From: a virus
IMG/VR virus record: IMGVR_UViG_3300010403_000025
Coordinates: 2,746 to 66,745 of that record
Strand: one strand, 5' to 3'
DNA length: 64,000 bases
Shown here piece by piece: positions 57,969-64,000 of the stretch; positions within the stretch are counted from its first letter, which is position 1, and each line of letters starts with the position of its first letter. The notes beneath the pieces are model-generated. The model was not told the origin of the DNA and searched no databases. It worked only from the letters and a program-made list of their open reading frames with translations. A program made the translations under genes and the position numbers.

Positions 57969-59141
57969 TTAGCTGGTCGTTCCTTTCGGTGTAGTGATTT
58001 CGGTAGCGACTCCACCGGCTTCGCCTCTCAGGGTTTTCCCGTAGAGCTCGAATTGCTTCATCGCGAGAGACAAGTAATCCCGCGACGTGTGGATGTATTT
58101 GGCACACATCTTCGGATTGGAGTGGCCCAAGGCTTTCATCAAGACAAAGACATCGCCGTTGGTGGACTCGGCCAGACGAGTGGCGAAGGTGTGACGGAGC
58201 GAGTGCAGGACAAATTCGCGGGGGAATTTAATTTCGGGCTGAAGCACGTTCGCGTGAGGGCGACGTTGACCCCGTGTATAACCGGTAGAATTCCTCTGCC
58301 GCTGTGGTGCGGCCAGCCCATTCCTCAGTTTCGTGTGGAGATTGCCCAATGCCGTCCTTGTGTAGTGCCCACCCTTCAATCCCGGAAATACCCACGTGGA
58401 ATCGTGGTGGACGGCAAAGCACAATTCGAATACTTGCTTCGTTCTTTCAGTTTGCGGAAGGGATCGTTGGGCATTGGGCGTTTTGCCACTCCTGATGGTG
58501 ACGACGTATCGGTCTATGTCGCCCTTCCGCAAAGATACCGCCTCCTCGGGCCTCAGTCCCAAGTCGAGCATCAAGATCGCCGCCTGCTTCAAGGGATACG
58601 GTGCCAAGGCCAAGTACGCCTTCTCCATTTCGCCGGTCAACACAAAGTCGCGTTGATGCTCACCGGGCAAGGAACTGACTTTCACGTCGTCCATCAGCTT
58701 GCAGCGTTTGGCAAAAATCAACGCCTTTCGCAACACACGGAGCTCGGCATTGATCGACGCAATGGCCATTTTCTTCTGAAGCCGCGCGTCCTTGTAGGCC
58801 TGGATCGACAACTCGGTGAGTTTATCCAGCGTCAACGTGCTGAACGGTTCATGGGTACACAAACAGCGGACCCGTTCGGTGTAGAAGCGCAGCGTGGTGG
58901 GTTTCTTGATGTCTTGCTTCTGTTTGTCGAGAAACGGGCCCTTGAGAAAGGCCACGAGCGTGGGCGTAGGTTCTTTCTGGATCAGGCCGACGCCGGTGAG
59001 CGCCAGGTTGGTGCGGTATGCGGCGAGCCAAGCCTTCGCTTGTTCATGGTTAGTGAGATGCGTGGATTGTTGATGGCGAGTCTTCTTGTACCAAAAATCT
59101 GCGTGCCACACACGGCCGCGTTTGACGAGTCCAGCGCTCAT
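57969..59141 (-). CDS. int: Tyrosine integrase
   Basis: N-terminal arm-binding KRGRVW; LGLRPEE, GKT, HSLRHTFAT, LGHS.....KY.H. Confidence 0.95.
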   Translation of the reverse strand: MSAGLVKRGRVWHADFWYKKTRHQQSTHLTNHEQAKAWLAAYRTNLALTGVGLIQKEPTPTLVAFLKGPFLDKQKQDIKKPTTLRFYTERVRCLCTHEPFSTLTLDKLTELSIQAYKDARLQKKMAIASINAELRVLRKALIFAKRCKLMDDVKVSSLPGEHQRDFVLTGEMEKAYLALAPYPLKQAAILMLDLGLRPEEAVSLRKGDIDRYVVTIRSGKTPNAQRSLPQTERTKQVFELCFAVHHDSTWVFPGLKGGHYTRTALGNLHTKLRNGLAAPQRQRNSTGYTRGQRRPHANVLQPEIKFPREFVLHSLRHTFATRLAESTNGDVFVLMKALGHSNPKMCAKYIHTSRDYLSLAMKQFELYGKTLRGEAGGVATEITTPKGTTS

Positions 59142-59251
59142 GGTTTCCGCTCCAAACTCCGCGATGTCTGTTCAGCTTGCCAAGGCCTCGGACAGGCGTC
59201 GCAGGAGCGGAAGTTTATTCCTGTTGGAACAGAGTTGGAAGGAATTGCGGC

Positions 59252-59590
59252 ATGAGCCTTAAATTCGGTGATCCGGAGTCGATCAAATTGCGCGATCAAG
59301 GCGTAGTGCTCGACCGATTGATTGCGTTAAACGAGCAACTGTCAACAGGGCCGTGGCAAGCCGACGTGATCGACAACATTGGTGATAACTGGAACGTGGC
59401 CACGCTCGGACGCAGCAGCATTGATGATCAGGACTACATCCTGACAACAAGGCACGTTCGCGCCTCTGAATTAAACGGCGATTCTAAAACGGACGCCGAA
59501 GGAATCGCGGAACTACGGAATTTGTTGCCGCGAATTATCGAAGTATTGGACAAGGGAAGCCGGGAACGAAGTACTTCGGGTAGTAAGTGA
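59252..59590 (+). CDS. Hypothetical (Ead/Ea22-like TGPW...DAE.IA motif)
   Basis: GGAAGGA SD before ATG 59252; STGPW...DAEGIAELRN. Confidence 0.55.
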   Translation: MSLKFGDPESIKLRDQGVVLDRLIALNEQLSTGPWQADVIDNIGDNWNVATLGRSSIDDQDYILTTRHVRASELNGDSKTDAEGIAELRNLLPRIIEVLDKGSRERSTSGSK

Positions 59591-59600
59591 CTCCATTCGA

Positions 59601-59635
59601 CCGGGCCGGGAGACAGGGAACGGCCCGGATTTTTT
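59601..59635 (+). terminator. Intrinsic terminator
   Basis: CCGGGCCG...CGGCCCGG then ATTTTTT. Confidence 0.65.
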
Positions 59636-59643
59636 GAACAATA

Positions 59644-60093
59644 ATGAGCGATTATTCTGAAAAATTAAAAGACCCGCGATGGCAACGCAAGCGCCTAGAA
59701 ATCCTCAATCGCGACAATTTTACGTGCGTCTGTTGCGATGACACTACCAAGACGCTTCACGTTCACCACATCAAATACATTTACGGTCGTGAGCCCTGGG
59801 AATACGAGAACGAACTTCTGGAAACTCTCTGCGTTGATTGCCACGAAGCGCAAACTCTCCTCGATCAAGACTTGAAAGCGGCTGAAGTATCCGCATTGAG
59901 CGAGATTCGCAAGATGCGGTTTCCCGCCAGGCTACTAATTGGTGACGTATTCGCCGACGAACTCGAGGCCCTTGTCGAGATTAGGTCTGCCGGAAAACGT
60001 GAAGAATTGTTTGCGCTTGCAGGTTGGACGGAGCCTAACCCGCACTATAAAAGTCCGTGGTTACGAGGCAATCCCGACGTTGCTTGTCCGTGA
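59644..60093 (+). CDS. HNH endonuclease-like protein
   Basis: LKDPRWQRKRLEILNRDNFTC..C...LHVHH..Y.....WEY...L.TLC..CH. Confidence 0.9.
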   Translation: MSDYSEKLKDPRWQRKRLEILNRDNFTCVCCDDTTKTLHVHHIKYIYGREPWEYENELLETLCVDCHEAQTLLDQDLKAAEVSALSEIRKMRFPARLLIGDVFADELEALVEIRSAGKREELFALAGWTEPNPHYKSPWLRGNPDVACP

Positions 60094-60396
60094 ACGCCGG
60101 TCGGGGCTCCACTTGAGAGAGCCCCGAAAAAAGAAACGCGGCATTTTTTACTTAACACTGTTTCTAGCAGTATTAGGAAAACTTATCTCATGCGAAGCAG
60201 TAAGTCAAGATGCGTGAAAGGGCCCTGCCCCAGACAGGGAGCGTACCGGCGCGAGTTCTAAGTCTCGGCTGTTGCGTCTTGCTGCGGCGGTATCTGGACA
60301 TGCCGCAAGAATCGATCGCGCGATTTTTTCTTACGAACATCGTTCGCCTTCACTGGTTCTCGAAAAAGGGGAATCCAGAAGAGAGGGAACTGTCTG

Positions 60397-60801
60397 ATGG
60401 AATTCGATGTCTTTTGGCTTTCGGGTTTCTGGCGAAAAATAGGCAAAGAGACTGCACGAGAGCGATTTAAAAAAAGTGTGCGAACCGAACGCGATCGGAG
60501 GGACATTCAATCTGCACGGGATTCTTATAACGCATATTGCATAGCGAACAAAAAATGGTATCACCCAATGTTAGGTTCAGTCTGGTTTGGAACGCGCAAA
60601 GGTTGGCGCGAGTGGATACCTGATGAAATGGAGGTCCATGTGAAAGCAGAGCAGACGATACCGGTACTGGGAGCGGAGCACCACCACGTTTGTGAGTTTT
60701 GTGAAGTGGATCACGAATGGTTGTGCCAGGACGAATTATGCACGTTAGGTCCGAAAGTGGCCTGTCCCATCATTCGTGGAAAGTATAAAGCGTCGAAATG
60801 A
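60397..60801 (+). CDS. Replication-protein-like C-terminal domain
   Basis: FDVFW....RKIGK..A...F...HP...W pattern. Confidence 0.5.
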   Translation: MEFDVFWLSGFWRKIGKETARERFKKSVRTERDRRDIQSARDSYNAYCIANKKWYHPMLGSVWFGTRKGWREWIPDEMEVHVKAEQTIPVLGAEHHHVCEFCEVDHEWLCQDELCTLGPKVACPIIRGKYKASK

Positions 60802-61439
60802 CAAAAGAACAGAATCGGCGGCGGTACGGATTGATCGTGAAACGGAATCGTCACGGCTTGACGAATGACGAGGCGAGCGAATTGGCTCAGTTAAAGAAAA
60901 TCGCTCGCGTTCACGCGGACCGTATCGCGCCATTACCGAAAATACCAGCGAAGTTAAAGCTGTCGAAATGAACTGTTGTGAAGAGTGCGAAAATCCGCAG
61001 CCGAAAATTTACTGTGAAGACTGTGAAGGCTGCGAGCAGTGCTGTATATGCGAAGAGTGAAAGCGGTGCGTCAGGCGATCGACAAAACTCGCGCGAAGGC
61101 GGGCCTTCCGGTGTTTGTGGGGCCGTTGGTTGGCTACAAGTGCGAGAAATGCCAGCGTATTTATTATTGGCGCGTTAAACCGAAACATTGCCCTTGGCCC
61201 GAATGCCGCTATGAGGCGCTGTCGTTGGTGCAATAAGCCGCTCGGCTGGCGACTCAAGCGCGTCAAGTTTTGTGATGCGAAATGCCGTCAGCAGTGGCAC
61301 GACGTTTACGGGAAAACGAAATGAAACGCTTTCTTAAGCAACTCTTCTGCCGTCATGAGTTCTCGCGCGTGTTTGTCGACGCCGTCAATTTTGAACGGTG
61401 GAAGCATTGCGAGAAGTGCCAACTGACGGTGCCGGCGGA

Positions 61440-61796
61440 ATGAGACGGCGCAGCAAATACGGAGTAGCGATCGATGCGAAAGGGAAAGAAGATCGCACGA
61501 TTGACAACATCGTGTTCGACAGTAAACGAGAAGCCGAGGTGTATCGCTACCTGAAGGCGCTTGAGCGCACGGGAACGATTCGGGCGCTGGAACGCCAGGT
61601 CAAGTTTCCGTTGAACGCGCTACGGGCATCCTCGCTTGAACAAGAGCGTGTCTGTCACTACATCGCAGACTTCGTTTGTCAGGATTTAGAGGGACGCACC
61701 TGCGTGTATGACGCGAAAGGCGTGAAGACGGCGATGTACCGACTCAAGAAAAAATGGTTTGAGTTGCAGTATGGACTGCGGATTATCGAATTATGA
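61440..61796 (+). CDS. DUF1064-family endonuclease-like protein
   Basis: SKY......DNIVFDSKREA...LERQVKF...YIADF......DAKG.KT..Y.LKKK. Confidence 0.88.
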   Translation: MRRRSKYGVAIDAKGKEDRTIDNIVFDSKREAEVYRYLKALERTGTIRALERQVKFPLNALRASSLEQERVCHYIADFVCQDLEGRTCVYDAKGVKTAMYRLKKKWFELQYGLRIIEL

Positions 61797-62361
61797 AAAC
61801 GGATGTCGTGGATAAGGTTCAGTTACGGAACGGCGACTGGGTGAGTCTTCGCTGGGACGATCGTCTCGGAGTAAGACGCCTTTGGTTGACGACGGTGTGT
61901 CTGCATGATGGTCGGCCACGCATTACCGGACATCGAGAAGTGTCGTTAGTCGAAGGACAAAAGGAAATGGCGAGATTGAGAACGATGAAAGTTGGAGGGT
62001 TGACGGAATGAACACCGCCACCGACACGTTCAATCGACCAGAAGACACGATTGCTTATCTCGAAGCGCGTGTAGAAGCACTGACGAAAGCTTTAGAAGAG
62101 TCGAAACGAGAATATACGGAACTACTCCGTCGGTATCAGTTAACCGTGCGGTTGATGAATGCGAATGTGAAATCGGACGATCATCTTGCTGGACTCGATG
62201 TAGGAGGATGAACATGAGCAAACGCAAACTGAAGCAACAATTCGCAATTTCTCTCTTGTGGGCTGGCAATCCGTTATCGGTGTCGTATTTACGGTTTATG
62301 GATTTATTTACGCCGATTGTCAAAGTCAAGCGGCTCAAGAGACTGCTGTGATGGATAACGA

Positions 62362-62556
62362 ATGAAACCTAAATACAAACTCACCTTCGTTAAAAGTACA
62401 AAGAACAAAGAATACTTCTGGCGCCTGAAGCATCGGAACGGGGAACAGATCTGTCGCTCGAGCGAGACGTACAAAAACAAAGGCGACTGCTATCGTGCGT
62501 TTGAACGAATGCGTGTGGCTCTCGCGGCGGATGATTTTGAAGTGGATGAACGATGA
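62362..62556 (+). CDS. YegP/DUF1508-like protein
   Basis: YFWRLK..NGE.I..SE.Y.NK..C. Confidence 0.8.
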   Translation: MKPKYKLTFVKSTKNKEYFWRLKHRNGEQICRSSETYKNKGDCYRAFERMRVALAADDFEVDER

Positions 62557-62865
62557 AGAAATACTGGCAATTCGGTGAAGCCTTGGTGATCGTGGCGCTG
62601 GTCCTGGTGGCTGTCGTTTATTTTCGGGAAGCGCAACGGCAGGACCGCGAGGACATTTTTCGCAGGTTGGGATGATGAGCGTGGACGTACTCAGTGACAG
62701 ACTGAATCGCAAGTATGAGGTATGTCACCAATGCGGCCATATCCGCAAATTGCACTTCGACGATGAGGACGGTTGTACAGGAATGGTCTATGTTGCACGA
62801 GAGGAAAAACAGCGTTGTTATTGTTGGGGAATCTTTGACGACGAAGATCGGGAGAACGTTGAGAG

Positions 62866-63033
62866 TTGAAGCTGACGGACCGACAAAAAGAGATCCTCGC
62901 TTTCATCATCAAGCATCAACGCCAGCGCAATCCTACTGTGCGGACCATTGCCAAACACTTCCACATTGCCGTGTCTACGGTGCACGAACACCTTCAGGCT
63001 ATTCGCAAAAAGGGATATCTGGCTGAAAAATAA
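62866..63033 (+). CDS. LexA-type winged-HTH protein lacking peptidase domain (not in ORF track)
   Basis: LKLTDRQKEILAFI......PTVRTIAKHFHI..STVHEHLQAIRKKGYL. Confidence 0.85.
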   Translation: MKLTDRQKEILAFIIKHQRQRNPTVRTIAKHFHIAVSTVHEHLQAIRKKGYLAEK

Positions 63034-63629
63034 AAGCGATTTACGTTGCTTTTACTTCCCGAACACATGAGATAACCCTACCTGTGCACCGTGGTCGGAA
63101 CTCGCTCAAGTGAAAAACATAACGCCGTTGTTTAATCTCTGAATCGGGACGCTGACCGTAACCCTACAGTAGACCGCTAATATAGCTTTGCCAACCCACT
63201 CCCAATTAAGACGACTCAAACGTGCGGATAAATTCAAGATGATCGGTGCGGCTATTACTGCACTGAAACCCTACTATGATGATCGCGATTACCACACAGG
63301 TAAAGAGTCCGAATTCAAGATGAGTCTGTACGATGCGATGCAGCGCGCCGACATTGTCGATTCACTTGGCGTCCCCTACTGCCCGTGGCCTCAAGCCAAA
63401 TGTGAAGTACCGCTAGGCCCGCGCTTCATAACACCGCAGTGGGATCGGACTGTGAGCAAGAAGTGAACCTCAGTGTGGAACAAGTCGATATCCGTATCTG
63501 CATCGATGAGGATGGCACTACCTTGACCTGCTTCAATGTACGCACAGGCCAACTCATCACCACCTTCCTCTGGCCAATCTGTGTACCTACCGAGTGTGTG
63601 AAAGCCATAAAGGCTGAGCCTTGGGATGA

Positions 63630-63971
63630 ATGATTGTTAAGCGTTGCCACCACACCGGATGCTTCAATCCTGCACCCTGTCCTGTCCATGGGTTACCCAA
63701 GAAGAACCAGCAGAAGACCGATGAGGAACGCCGGTTCTACCAGTCGCGCAAGTGGACGGAAGCCAGCAAGAGACACCGTCAACATGAACCCCTATGTCGA
63801 GAGTGCTTGAAGAATGGAATCACCCGTTTAGCCCAGATGGTGGATCACATCATCCCAATATCGGAAGGTGGATCCAAGTTCGACGAATCGAACCTTCAAA
63901 GTCTTGATCATGAGTGTCATAACAAGAAGCGCGGGGGCGAGCGCAAGTCGCTCATTCGACGGGGGGCCTGA
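63630..63971 (+). CDS. Terminase-associated HNH endonuclease (HK97 gp74-like)
   Basis: FYQSRKW.......PLCREC......VDHIIPI..GG.....NLQSL...CHN.K. Confidence 0.9.
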   Translation: MIVKRCHHTGCFNPAPCPVHGLPKKNQQKTDEERRFYQSRKWTEASKRHRQHEPLCRECLKNGITRLAQMVDHIIPISEGGSKFDESNLQSLDHECHNKKRGGERKSLIRRGA

Positions 63972-64000
63972 AAAAACTTTTAAGTCGTTTGCCTGCAGAC
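63955..64000 (+). other. Probable cos/packaging region
   Basis: G7 run followed by A/T tracts directly after the gp74-like HNH gene, where cos sites lie in HK97-like phages; inferred by position. Confidence 0.45.

Noticed and set aside
57900-59260. attP or attL/attR near the integrase
   Set aside because: Phage genes continue on both sides and no tRNA fragment or clear core repeat could be identified by eye.
1-64000. tRNA, rRNA, intron or intein
   Set aside because: None recognised by eye; a tRNAscan/Rfam run would be needed to exclude them firmly.

Overview
The window is a near-complete genome of a temperate, long-tailed (HK97/lambda-like) phage, most likely of a diderm bacterium (it encodes an outer-membrane beta-barrel and a lipoprotein). 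It starts inside the major capsid gene and ends just after the terminase-associated HNH gene at a cos-like G-run, so only the terminase/protease segment seems to be missing. Order: capsid, portal, collagen-like protein, gp6-like connector, then a ~16 kb island of glycosyltransferases, methyltransferases and sugar-modifying enzymes (interrupted by an intact IS1595 element, a Vsr-like endonuclease and several small antisense leaderless genes), gp7-like adaptor, tail tube, frameshifted chaperone, tape measure protein (TMP), a long tail/accessory block with several signal-peptide-bearing beta-rich proteins, a TMTC-like GT-C enzyme split into three permuted ORFs, the lysis cassette, the early-left recombination genes, the immunity region, xis/int and the early-right genes. 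The most striking observations: (1) a small antisense membrane gene near the TMP gene matches a 29-aa TMP segment at 21/29 identity with mostly different synonymous codons, a candidate TMP-mimic exclusion protein; (2) a large glycan-building island sits inside the head-tail joining module, along with the split TMTC-like enzyme and exported Ser/Thr-rich proteins; (3) a 16-bp motif recurs upstream of three accessory genes; (4) an antisense ORF crosses the whole integrase and overlaps its neighbours' stop and start codons at both ends. All functional calls rest on motif recognition by eye; no searches were run.
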